A DNA stretch of 64,000 nt from Gammaproteobacteria bacterium (GTDB lineage Bacteria > Pseudomonadota > Gammaproteobacteria > Nitrosococcales > Methylophagaceae): assembly GCA_029248745.1 (NCBI GenBank), contig JAQWIT010000004.1, positions 20,792 through 84,791 on the forward strand, read 5' to 3'. Every line of letters starts with the position of its first letter. Within the stretch, counting starts at the first letter, position 1. The notes under the pieces were generated by a model. It was not told the DNA's origin. It saw only the letters and a program-made list of their open reading frames with translations, and did not search any database. Positions 26,378 to 35,609 of this stretch are shown here, one piece after another. The position numbers and the translations under genes were made by a program.

Positions 26378-27508
26378 GTGGCAAACACCCACCAACAACT
26401 TGTCGATACAAAACGTTGGGTCATTAAAATCGGTAGCGCATTACTAACGCGCATCGGCGATGGCTTAGACCGTGATCGTGTCATTTGGCTGAGTGGTGAA
26501 ATTGCCAAACTTCGACAACAAGGCAAAGAGGTTGTATTAGTGACTTCTGGTTCAGTGGCTGCAGGTATGCAAGAGTTGGGGTGGGACAAACGCCCACATG
26601 CCTTACACTTATTACAATCAGCGGCCAGTATTGGTCAGATGGGTTTAATTCAGGCCTATGCTGCAGCGTGTAAACAACATGATATTCTGACTGCTCAAGT
26701 CTTGCTGACACATGCTGACTTATCTGACCGCAGCCGATATCTTAATGCGAGAAGCACACTAAATAGCCTACTAGAATTGGGTGCTCTGCCTGTTGTCAAT
26801 GAAAATGACACAATAGCAACTGAAGAAATCAGGTTTGGTGATAACGACACATTAGCTGCCATGACAGCTAACCTAGTAGAAGCAGATGTATTAGTTATTC
26901 TGACCGATCAAGATGGTCTATTTGAAGCTGATCCTCGCCATGACACCGAAGCAAAATTGATCTCGACCTCCGCGGCAAATAACACTGATTTAGATTTAAT
27001 GGCCGGTGAAAGTAAAGGTGAATTAGGTCGAGGAGGAATGGCAACCAAATTATTGGCTGCTCGCCGTGCTGCACGTTCCGGAGCGACGACTGTTATTTTA
27101 TCCGGCCAAGCTACAGGTAATTTACAAAAGCTCGTTGAAGGTGAAACGGTAGGCACTTTGTTATGGGCTGACAATGAGCCTATGACAGCACGCCAGCAAT
27201 GGCTCGTAGGGCATTTAAAACCGAAAGGCATCATCACACTAGATGATGGTGCTGCGAGTGTTGTAAAACGGCAAGGCAAAAGCATTCTGTCAGTAGGCGT
27301 AAATCAAATTCAAGGTCAGTTCACCCGTGGTGAACTAGTGATTTGCCATAATATGGCAGGCCAAGAAATAGCGCGAGGTTTAGTGAATTACAATGCGGAT
27401 GAAGCACAAAAAATAATGGGCCAAGCCAGTAGCGATATTGAAGCAGTATTAGGTTATGTTGATGAACCAGAGCTAATTCATCGAGATAATTTAGTGGTTA
27501 TTCAATAA
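26378..27508 (+). CDS. proB: Glutamate 5-kinase
   Basis: Amino-acid kinase fold plus a C-terminal PUA region. GTG start preceded by agagga. Confidence 0.94.
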   Translation: MANTHQQLVDTKRWVIKIGSALLTRIGDGLDRDRVIWLSGEIAKLRQQGKEVVLVTSGSVAAGMQELGWDKRPHALHLLQSAASIGQMGLIQAYAAACKQHDILTAQVLLTHADLSDRSRYLNARSTLNSLLELGALPVVNENDTIATEEIRFGDNDTLAAMTANLVEADVLVILTDQDGLFEADPRHDTEAKLISTSAANNTDLDLMAGESKGELGRGGMATKLLAARRAARSGATTVILSGQATGNLQKLVEGETVGTLLWADNEPMTARQQWLVGHLKPKGIITLDDGAASVVKRQGKSILSVGVNQIQGQFTRGELVICHNMAGQEIARGLVNYNADEAQKIMGQASSDIEAVLGYVDEPELIHRDNLVVIQ

Positions 27509-27517
27509 AGATTAAGT

Positions 27518-27706
27518 TTAAAAAGAGAATCTTTTATTCAATGCAATACCAAACTCAGAATGTGTTATTTCACTTGTAAAAGTAATGGAATAATTATACT
27601 TAATTGGAATATTGAGTTTTAATTCATGAATATTATCCTTTTCACTATGTCCACTTACATTGCCAACGAAACGATAGGATAGGTTAGCCCTATCAAACCC
27701 AATAAC
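27518..27706 (-). pseudogene. Start-less remnant resembling the C-terminus of an outer-membrane beta-barrel protein
   Basis: Open frame VIGFDRANLSYRFVGNVSGHSEKDNIHELKLNIPIKYNYSITFTSEITHSEFGIALNKRFSF*. It shows alternating hydrophobicity and a terminal Phe, but contains no start codon and is bounded upstream by a stop. Confidence 0.3.
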
Positions 27707-27948
27707 TTATTAAAGTATTGACCTGGCTAGTTAGTGTTCTTTTAGTGAAATCCATGTTGATTTGGGGCATAACAGAAACGAGAAAGTCTGTTGCACCAAA
27801 AGATAAGCCATAGCTTATTTCTGTCATTTATAGCTGCTTCTCGTTTTAAGTCATAATATTTTAAAACGACATAGCTTTTAACTTTAGGGGGTAAATCTTC
27901 TAGAATTGGCTTATGGGCTTATATTGAGGTTAATGTAATGCAATAAGA

Positions 27949-27970
27949 GAAAGCGCTAAAAAGCGCTTTC
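27949..27970 (-). terminator. Hairpin downstream of the PEGA lipoprotein gene
   Basis: 9-bp perfect stem gaaagcgct / agcgctttc with a 4-nt loop, about 33 nt after the stop at 28003. Confidence 0.5.
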
Positions 27971-28002
27971 TTCATTAAAGGTCTCATTGTTCTAATGATG
28001 GC

Positions 28003-28363
28003 TTAATTTAGTTTCTTCAATTCAATAAAATAGGATTTTGGGTCGTATTCCATTGCTGCACCAGTGAGAAAGTCTGTTGTTGAAAGGTCCCAAGGAAGAC
28101 TCAATATTTTTATAGGGTCATAGCTTTTACTTAAACCTCTAGTAATAGTTTGATAGCCTCCCAATTTAAACATGACGAAGTCTTTTTTGTTATTTCTTAA
28201 ACGGATTGTCATTGGTGTAGTACCGACGTAACCGCCATCGATAAAAACATCTGCGCCAGATGGAGAAGTATCAAAAGTAACTGCTTCAGTATCCCCACTT
28301 ATGATAGTGGCACAACCTGATGTTATTGATAAAATGATCGTGGCATAACAGTCTAAAATTCAT
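28003..28363 (-). pseudogene. PEGA-domain lipoprotein whose reading frame is out of register with its ATG
   Basis: The frame open over 28003-28359 reads ILDCYATIILSITSGCATIISGDTEAVTFDTSPSGADVFIDGGYVGTTPMTIRL... (lipobox plus PEGA). It has no canonical start codon. An AAGGA-N7-ATG at 28363 is in another frame and stops after 25 codons. Confidence 0.6.
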
Positions 28364-28543
28364 TATATATTCCTTAGATTAATTGTATTTGTTTAGGCGT
28401 AGGAATACATAGTTGTCGCTTCCCTGCCTAGGTTTTGAATCATCCTCGTGGTTCAAGCTCTAATTTTCTGATAAGAGCTTGTTCAAAACCCCAAATGAAT
28501 ATACAAGTTATATGAAGTAAAAAACAAGAAGACAAACTTAATT

Positions 28544-29713
28544 CTATACAAAGCTGAAAGCTTGCTTTTTATGGAAGTGTAGGACGACGGCCATGGCGAA
28601 AAGAACAAGGGGAATACAAATTAAGTTCATCACATGCCAACCTAATGTCGCTTCGAGCCAGCCTGATGCTAAAGCAGAAACAGTAACCATACTGAAAATT
28701 AAAAACTCATTGGCAGCTTGGGCTTTAGGCTTTTCAGCTTCAGAGTAGGCACCCGTGACAAGGTGAGTCGCACCAACAAACATAAAATTCCATCCTAAGC
28801 CGAGAAAAAATAAAGAGACGGAGAAGTGGAGTTCAGACTGGCCAGTGAGGTTGATGCCAATGCAGAGCAACATAATCAGAGCACCGGTATTTAAGATACG
28901 AATAGTGCCAAAACGCCTGATTAAATCACCGGTAAAGAAACCAGGTAAGAACATACCCAGTACGTGTAATTCGATTACAAAGGCCGATTGGTCAAAGTGG
29001 TAGCCGTGGTTGTGCATAGCTAGGGGCGTTGCTGTCATCAATAAATTCATTACAACATAGCTGACCATCGCTGCGACAACGGAAACGAGGAAAATAGGTT
29101 GTGAGATAATTTCTAGAACAGGGCGAGTGACGACATCAGGTGCATGGCGTGTTTCTGGTGGGAACTTTACCAAGGTTAATACAACCATAGCTGCGATATA
29201 TAGCGCTAATAGCCCCCAGAATGCACCAACGAAAGGCGTGCCTTGGATTAAGCCTTGACTATATATAGCTAAGTTCGGTCCAGCAATAGCCGCTAATACA
29301 CCACCTGCCATAATGATAGAAATAGCTTTAGCTCGGTAAGTTTTTTCACACATCTCAACGGCAGCAAAACGGTATAGCGTCGCAAAACCAATACCAATAC
29401 CTAAGAAAAAGGTACCCACACAAAATAGCCAAAAAGAAGCAGAGTAGAGTGCTTGAATACATAAAATAGCGCCAACAATACCCAGGCCATTGCCTAAGTA
29501 GAATCCATTTTTACGGCCAATCTTATCCATGATAAGTGAGGCTGGAATGGTAGCGCACATGAGCCCAACAAATTGGAAGGCAACGGGTAAAGTAACCCAA
29601 GTAGGGTCAGGAGAAAGGGATTTACCAATTAAGGCAGTAACCGCAACTAGTAAAACATTACCCGTGCTGAGTAATGCTTTACAAAAGGAAAGAGCTAGAA
29701 CACCCAAATACAT
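28544..29713 (-). CDS. MFS transporter
   Basis: About 12 predicted TM segments; 389 aa. Substrate unknown. Confidence 0.8.
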   Translation of the reverse strand: MYLGVLALSFCKALLSTGNVLLVAVTALIGKSLSPDPTWVTLPVAFQFVGLMCATIPASLIMDKIGRKNGFYLGNGLGIVGAILCIQALYSASFWLFCVGTFFLGIGIGFATLYRFAAVEMCEKTYRAKAISIIMAGGVLAAIAGPNLAIYSQGLIQGTPFVGAFWGLLALYIAAMVVLTLVKFPPETRHAPDVVTRPVLEIISQPIFLVSVVAAMVSYVVMNLLMTATPLAMHNHGYHFDQSAFVIELHVLGMFLPGFFTGDLIRRFGTIRILNTGALIMLLCIGINLTGQSELHFSVSLFFLGLGWNFMFVGATHLVTGAYSEAEKPKAQAANEFLIFSMVTVSALASGWLEATLGWHVMNLICIPLVLFAMAVVLHFHKKQAFSFV

Positions 29714-29785
29714 AAAAAGTCATTGCCGCCAATATGAGAAAAGCAAATTGCAAAGGGTGGTAGAATGTTACAAAAAAGCAGGCAT

Positions 29786-29812
29786 AAAAAAACCGACATA
29801 CCGTCGGTTTTT
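29786..29812 (-). terminator. Rho-independent terminator after rpsT
   Basis: aaaaaaa-ccgac / gtcgg-ttttt hairpin, about 25 nt past the rpsT stop. Confidence 0.6.
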
Positions 29813-29836
29813 AACTAAAGCAAAATTAACGCTGTA

Positions 29837-30097
29837 TTAAAGTGCGCGAACTGCTTTATTTAAACGGCTTTTACTACGTGCAGCGGCATTCTTGTGAATG
29901 AGTCCTTTACGTGCCATGCGATCTAGAACTGGAACAGCAGCTTGGTAAGCGGCAGTTGCTTGTTCTTTATCACCAGCATCAATGGTTTTTTGAAGTGACT
30001 TAACAGTTGTGCGCATTGCTGAACGTTGACTTGCGTTACGCTGGCGGCTATCTTCCGCTTGGCGAGCGCGTTTTTTTGCTTGTGCTGAGTTGGCCAA
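29837..30097 (-). CDS. rpsT: 30S ribosomal protein S20
   Basis: [14 protein letters not shown]-terminus; 86 aa. Confidence 0.96.
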   Translation of the reverse strand: MANSAQAKKRARQAEDSRQRNASQRSAMRTTVKSLQKTIDAGDKEQATAAYQAAVPVLDRMARKGLIHKNAAARSKSRLNKAVRAL

Positions 30098-30298
30098 AGT
30101 GTTTCTCCTAAAAACCAGCTATACTTAAAGAGCGGTAATTATCCTGATTTCGATCCCATTTGTAAAGATCTAATTTTATTGACGACTGTTGCGTCAGTAA
30201 GAGAGGTAAACGTGACAAGAACAGCGTTATACACGGGGCCGACATTCGTCCACTTCCTTGCTATGATAACCAAAATTTGCACTTGATAGGATAAAACA

Positions 30299-31078
30299 AT
30301 GAAAATCGTGACAGCCAATGTCAATGGTGTAAGGGCTGCTGGTCGAAAAGGCTTTTTCGATTGGGTAGATGAGACGCAGGCGGATGTGATCTGTATTCAA
30401 GAAACCAAGGCCCAAATCGATCAGTTAACGGACGAACTTTATCATCCAAAGGGCTACTACTGTTTTTATCATGATGCGCAAAAGAAGGGTTATAGTGGTG
30501 TCGCCCTGTATTGCAAGAATAAACCTGATGAAGTCATTATCGGCATGGAGAATGAAGAGTTTGACTCAGAAGGACGTTACATCGAAGCCAAATTTGGCAA
30601 ATTAAGCGTTATCTCTCTCTATATGCCATCAGGCTCTTCAAAGGAAGAACGACAACAAGCGAAATATCGTTGTATGGATCATATGATGACCAAACTTGAA
30701 GAAATGAAAGTGTCTGGTCGAGATTTTATTGTCTGCGGCGATTGGAATATTGCACATAAAAATGAAGATATTCGAAATTGGAAAGGTAATTTGAAGAATT
30801 CTGGTTTTCTACCAGAAGAGCGCGCTTGGTTAGATACCTTATTTGATGATGTCGGGTACGTTGATGCATTTCGGGAAATAGAGCAAGAAGAACATCAATA
30901 TACATGGTGGTCAAACCGTGGGCAGGCTCGCGCGAATAATGTGGGTTGGCGTATTGATTATCATATATTGTCTCCGGGTCTAAAAGGGTTAGTTGAAACT
31001 ACGGAAATTTATCGAGAAAAAAGCTTTTCTGATCACGCGCCATTGATTATCGATTATGACTACATTTGCCCAGGCTAA
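30299..31078 (+). CDS. xthA: Exodeoxyribonuclease III
   Basis: EEP nuclease motifs (NVNG, QETK, GDWN, SDHAP); 259 aa. Confidence 0.92.
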   Translation: MKIVTANVNGVRAAGRKGFFDWVDETQADVICIQETKAQIDQLTDELYHPKGYYCFYHDAQKKGYSGVALYCKNKPDEVIIGMENEEFDSEGRYIEAKFGKLSVISLYMPSGSSKEERQQAKYRCMDHMMTKLEEMKVSGRDFIVCGDWNIAHKNEDIRNWKGNLKNSGFLPEERAWLDTLFDDVGYVDAFREIEQEEHQYTWWSNRGQARANNVGWRIDYHILSPGLKGLVETTEIYREKSFSDHAPLIIDYDYICPG

Positions 31079-32634
31079 TGACAGAACAAAGCCAGACTAA
31101 AAGTTGGACTGACAGCGTAAAGGCTTTTTGTCATCCAAGAGTGGTGACTATGCTGTTTTTAGGGATATCAGCAGGTATTCCGATATTACTCATTTTTTCA
31201 TCACTGAGTTTATGGCTGCGTGAAGCAGGTGTTGAACGCACTGCAGTGACTTATTTTAGCTGGGCAGCATTAGGTTATTCATTCAAATTTGTTTGGGCAC
31301 CACTGGCAGACAAATTAGCGATACCCATGTTGACTAATTGGCTTGGCAGACGTCGCGGATGGCTTTTATTGTCACAATTGATGATCATTGCAGCGATTAG
31401 TTTAATGGCATCAATTGATCCTGCGACCGATACCTTGACCGCGATGGCTTGGGCGGCAGTATTCCTTGGGTTTTCAGCAGCAACACAAGATATTGTGATC
31501 GATGCTTATCGTATCGAATCAGCTGATGTAGACCTGCAGCCCTTGATGGCATCTAGTTATATCGCTGGCTATCGCATAGGTATGTTGTTGGCAGGTGCAG
31601 GGGCTTTATATCTGGCCAGCTATTTAGGATCGACAAAAGCGCTTTACGATTATCAGGCATGGCAAACGACTTATTTCATTATGGCTGCTGTCATGTTGAT
31701 TGGGGTAGTGACAACTTTAATGATTGATGAGCCTAACGATCGACAAAATGATCAGTTGGTTCATTCTCAGCAAGATTATATGTCCTTTCTATTACTATTT
31801 GCTTTTTCTGTCGTAGGCTTTATTGCGACCTTCTATTATAGTGCCGAATTGGCACAAATGGCCAAATCAGTATTAAATGACAGGCTTGCAAATAATCACT
31901 TGGCTAGCTTTATAGTCGAATTATGTCGTCTCTTTTTAGCGTTAGGATTTGTAGCGGTTATCGCCAAAAGTCTAATTAACATAGGGTTTGTCAAAGAACA
32001 ACAAGTGGCACAAACCTATATAGACCCATTGCGTGACTTCTTTAGTCGTTATGGTCTATCACTGGCCTTACTGTTATTAGCTTTGATCGGTCTGTATCGC
32101 ATTTCAGATATTGTATTGGGTGTGATTTCGAATGTGTTTTACCAAGATCTCGGCTTCAGTAAATCGGTGATTGCCAGCGTCGTCAAAAGCTTTGGCTTAG
32201 CCATGACAATTTTAGGCGGCTTTTTAGGCGGTTTATTAGCATTGCGTTTTGGTGTGATGCGAATTTTATTTTTAGGTGCAGTGCTATCGGCACTGACGAA
32301 TTTGCTCTTTATGTTATTAGCGCAAATAGGCCATGACATCACTATGCTATACATTGTCATTGCAGCAGATAATTTATCAGCGGGCCTAGCCAGTGCGGCC
32401 TTTATCGCCTTTTTATCGAGCTTAACCAACATTTCATTTACGGCAATGCAATATGCTATTTTTAGCTCATTAATGACATTACTGCCGAAAATCTTGGGCG
32501 GCTATTCAGGTTCGATGGTTGAAAGTATGGGATACGAGCAATTTTTCTTAGTGACAGCTTTGATGGGGATACCTGTTTTGTTATTGATTTTGATCGCAAA
32601 TAAATACTTAGATATCAGAGACCACCACGAATAA
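31078..32634 (+). CDS. ampG: Muropeptide permease AmpG (MFS)
   Basis: AmpG-like TM pattern. ATG 31078 overlaps the xthA stop as TAATG. Confidence 0.85.
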   Translation: MTEQSQTKSWTDSVKAFCHPRVVTMLFLGISAGIPILLIFSSLSLWLREAGVERTAVTYFSWAALGYSFKFVWAPLADKLAIPMLTNWLGRRRGWLLLSQLMIIAAISLMASIDPATDTLTAMAWAAVFLGFSAATQDIVIDAYRIESADVDLQPLMASSYIAGYRIGMLLAGAGALYLASYLGSTKALYDYQAWQTTYFIMAAVMLIGVVTTLMIDEPNDRQNDQLVHSQQDYMSFLLLFAFSVVGFIATFYYSAELAQMAKSVLNDRLANNHLASFIVELCRLFLALGFVAVIAKSLINIGFVKEQQVAQTYIDPLRDFFSRYGLSLALLLLALIGLYRISDIVLGVISNVFYQDLGFSKSVIASVVKSFGLAMTILGGFLGGLLALRFGVMRILFLGAVLSALTNLLFMLLAQIGHDITMLYIVIAADNLSAGLASAAFIAFLSSLTNISFTAMQYAIFSSLMTLLPKILGGYSGSMVESMGYEQFFLVTALMGIPVLLLILIANKYLDIRDHHE

Positions 32635-33227
32635 TGGGCCGGTTATTGATTGTCTGCTTTATGATTTTTGTACTGTGGAGACTAACAGGAGGCAGTGATT
32701 CGGTCTCATTACAACCCGGTATCAAAATCATCGTTACAGCATTACAAAAGACGATTGAAGAACCAGAACCTCCTGAATTTAAAGATTATATAATAATCCC
32801 GTTGGCTGATTTTAAGTTATAAGCTAAAGTGATAGCCAAAGAGAACTATCACTTAGGGGAAGAACGCGAACTGTCCCCAGTCGAACTAGCTTTAGGTTGG
32901 GGTGAGATGTCTGATCAACAAGTGCTTGATCAAATACAGTTTTCACAATCAGGGCGATGGTACTAATGGTCTGTAGAACAATTTCCCATTCCCCGACGGG
33001 CAATATAAATGCAAAATGCCAATATGTATATGGTGCCATCAAAAGAATGGATAGCGAAGCAACTAGACAGGGTAAAAGAAGGGCAAATTGTAGGGCTTAA
33101 AGGTTTTCCCGTTCGGATCGATGCCAAGGATCAACTGTGGCATTGGCAAAGCTCATCAACACGCGAGGACATCGGTGCTGGTGCCTGCGAGTTAATCTAT
33201 CTGACGGACTTTCAAATTACAGTGTAA
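32634..33227 (+). pseudogene. Conserved-hypothetical membrane-anchored protein interrupted by three in-frame TAA codons
   Basis: A single frame runs from ATG 32634 (TAATG overlap with the ampG stop) to TAA 33225-33227. Internal TAA stops lie at 32820-32822, 32964-32966 and 33006-33008, and no frameshift is needed. Confidence 0.7.
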
Positions 33228-33494
33228 TTATTGGTTCGTATTATGAGCGGTCAAAGTCTGTGTCTGTTGGTTTTTGAGGGGCCTAATAACAACTTTCATC
33301 GTTTCTAGGTCTCTCTCAACGATGTAATGCGTACGAATCAAGTCTGACTCTGAAACATTCTGCTTACCCAAACGTTGTTTTGCTTCATTAAAAGTTTCAA
33401 CATCAGTGTAAGTTGTTAAAAACTCTGTTTCTGAAAAAACGGCCTGTGGCGCCATAAGCAGTACAATTGGTAATAATTTCTTGAATAAGGTCAT
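33228..33494 (-). CDS. Small exported protein of unknown function
   Basis: Signal peptide MTLFKKLLPIVLLMAPQAVFS; 88 aa. I did not recognise a family. Confidence 0.45.
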   Translation of the reverse strand: MTLFKKLLPIVLLMAPQAVFSETEFLTTYTDVETFNEAKQRLGKQNVSESDLIRTHYIVERDLETMKVVIRPLKNQQTQTLTAHNTNQ

Positions 33495-33645
33495 TGTCTT
33501 TTTCCCATCGTTAGGACTTTAATTAATCCTTAATCTAATGATGAGTGTGAACTAGATCAAGTTTTTACGGGGTCACGCTACCATTCAGCTACGGGTAACT
33601 ACGTGTTTATTGTTGTAAAAATGATACAACCGTTGAATGATTGAC

Positions 33646-34125
33646 TTAAAAAGGAATATCATCATCCAGATAATCAGCACCACCAGATGGCATACCATAA
33701 TCAGGGCCTGCGGCCGGTGAAGCAGGTTGCGGAGAAGAGGCCCCCATCGATTTTTGAGGTGCCGATTGGTCATAGCCAGTGCTACCGCCACTGCCACCAC
33801 CGCCTAACATAGTCATACTATCGCCAATAATATCTGTCGAATAGCGGTCTTGGCCGTTTTGGTCTTGCCATTTCCGGGTTTGAATCCGGCCTTCAATATA
33901 GACTTGAGAGCCTTTATGTAAATATTGTTGAGCGACTTCGCCTAGTCGGTTTCTTAGCACCACGCGGTGCCATTCTGTACGCTCTTTGCGCTCGCCCGTT
34001 TGTTTGTCTTTCCAAGACTCTGAGGTCGCTAAGCGTAGATTACAAATGGAGCCACCGTCAGGAAAAGCTCGGCTTTCTGGTTCTGCACCGAGTCGTCCAA
34101 CAAGGATCACTTTATTCACTGACAT
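33646..34125 (-). CDS. ssb: Single-stranded DNA-binding protein
   Basis: OB-fold N-terminus [13 protein letters not shown], Gly-rich linker, and acidic tip DDDIPF. Confidence 0.96.
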   Translation of the reverse strand: MSVNKVILVGRLGAEPESRAFPDGGSICNLRLATSESWKDKQTGERKERTEWHRVVLRNRLGEVAQQYLHKGSQVYIEGRIQTRKWQDQNGQDRYSTDIIGDSMTMLGGGGSGGSTGYDQSAPQKSMGASSPQPASPAAGPDYGMPSGGADYLDDDIPF

Positions 34126-34166
34126 GGTTTGCTCCTGGATTCGAGATGTTAAGTTTAATGGGTATT

Positions 34167-35555
34167 CTACGATGAAGAAACATGAAAAGCATCAAGTTCG
34201 TTCATATCGAGTTCTTCAGCGGCATATTTCACATAAGCGACGTGTTCTTCTGCCACAATCATCGTTTCAATAACACCATCAATAGCATTGAGCTGTTGAG
34301 CAGTGTGACTGGCATTATCAGCATTTAACTGGGGTAGTTCTATAATTTTGGTCGATAGGTGGCGAGGTTGATTCATTGGAAAAACAAAAAACAACCAGAA
34401 CAGTGTAATGACAGCGCCTGCGATAAAAACGCCTGTCACATCAAAATGGCCATATAAGAAACCGCCGGCAGCACCACCAATAAAAGCGCCTAAGAACTGT
34501 GCGGTTGAATAGATACCGAGTGCAGTACCTTTATTTTCCAGTGGGCTCAGCTTGGACATCATCGAAGGTAAGCTGGCCTCAAGTATGTTGAAGGCGGTGA
34601 AAAACAACCATAAAGCGATCAGAATACCGGTGACAGAATTAGAGCCAAAAGCCCAGGCCAATTGCACTAAACCTAAAACAATCACAGCACCCAGAAAAAC
34701 CGGTTTCATTTTGCGTCGTTTTTCGGCAATGATAATAAAAGGCACCATGGCAATAAAGGCTAAGATAAGCACGGGTAAATAAGCCACTGCATGCTCACTT
34801 TTAGCCAAACCAGCTTGCTCAAGTAAAGTAATAGGTAAAGCAAAAAAGCTAGTAGTTAACAGCAAATGCAACAGCATGATGCTAAGCACCAATCGCATAA
34901 TATCGGGGTTACGAAATACCTTAATAAACTGTGCTGGTGCAGGCTCCATATCACGGTGAGTGATACAACGCACCGGTGTAGGTACCCATAAATGAAGTAC
35001 AGCGATACCGACTAAAGCAAAAGCGGCAGTTGCCCAGAAAATACCCGATAAACCTATCCAGCTCTCTAAAGCAGCCCCTGAGGCTAAAGCAACAGAAAAT
35101 GATAGGCCAATACTAATACCGATACTGGCCATAGCCTTGGTACGGTGTTCGTCGCGGGTTAAATCAGCCGTTAAAGCCATCACTGCTGCAGAAATAGCGC
35201 CACTACCCTGCAGTAAGCGGCCCAAAATAACCATTTGAATACTGTCAGCCGTCGCTGCAACCATGCTCCCAGCTGCAAAGAGTAATAAGCCGGCAGTAAT
35301 GACACGCTTGCGACCAACTCGGTCGGATAACATACCAAAGGGTATTTGAAATAGCGCTTGAGTTAGACCATACGCACCAATGGCTAAGCCAACAAGTAAA
35401 GGTGTAGAGCCTGAATATTGTTCAGCAGCAAGAGAAAATACCGGTAGAATCATAAACAAACCCAACATACGAAGCGCAAAGATACTGGCTAGGCCAGTGA
35501 TACTTCGCTTTTCAAGTGAGGTCATACCAGAGCTTGTATTTTGGTTTTGCGTCAT
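34167..35555 (-). CDS. MFS transporter (the uvrA/ssb-linked type seen in pseudomonads)
   Basis: Multi-TM protein with the [14 protein letters not shown] signature; 462 aa. Confidence 0.85.
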   Translation of the reverse strand: MTQNQNTSSGMTSLEKRSITGLASIFALRMLGLFMILPVFSLAAEQYSGSTPLLVGLAIGAYGLTQALFQIPFGMLSDRVGRKRVITAGLLLFAAGSMVAATADSIQMVILGRLLQGSGAISAAVMALTADLTRDEHRTKAMASIGISIGLSFSVALASGAALESWIGLSGIFWATAAFALVGIAVLHLWVPTPVRCITHRDMEPAPAQFIKVFRNPDIMRLVLSIMLLHLLLTTSFFALPITLLEQAGLAKSEHAVAYLPVLILAFIAMVPFIIIAEKRRKMKPVFLGAVIVLGLVQLAWAFGSNSVTGILIALWLFFTAFNILEASLPSMMSKLSPLENKGTALGIYSTAQFLGAFIGGAAGGFLYGHFDVTGVFIAGAVITLFWLFFVFPMNQPRHLSTKIIELPQLNADNASHTAQQLNAIDGVIETMIVAEEHVAYVKYAAEELDMNELDAFHVSSS

Positions 35556-35609
35556 CGTAGTGAGTAAGGGTATATTTATCTGTTTGGCCTTATTCTATAC
35601 GGAAGCCTA

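Noticed and set aside
32820-33008. Idea that the three in-frame TAA codons reflect stop-codon reassignment or programmed read-through.
   Set aside because: TAA is used as the genuine terminator of many intact genes in this window (for example dnaJ, gap, ampG and rpmA), so reassignment is excluded. I saw no read-through-promoting context. Pseudogenisation is the simplest explanation, though it is untested.
35556-35609. SOS (LexA) box expected in the uvrA / MFS-ssb divergent region.
   Set aside because: Only a lone CTGT/ACAG half-site (tatctgtttgg) is present. There is no CTGT-N8-ACAG palindrome on either strand.
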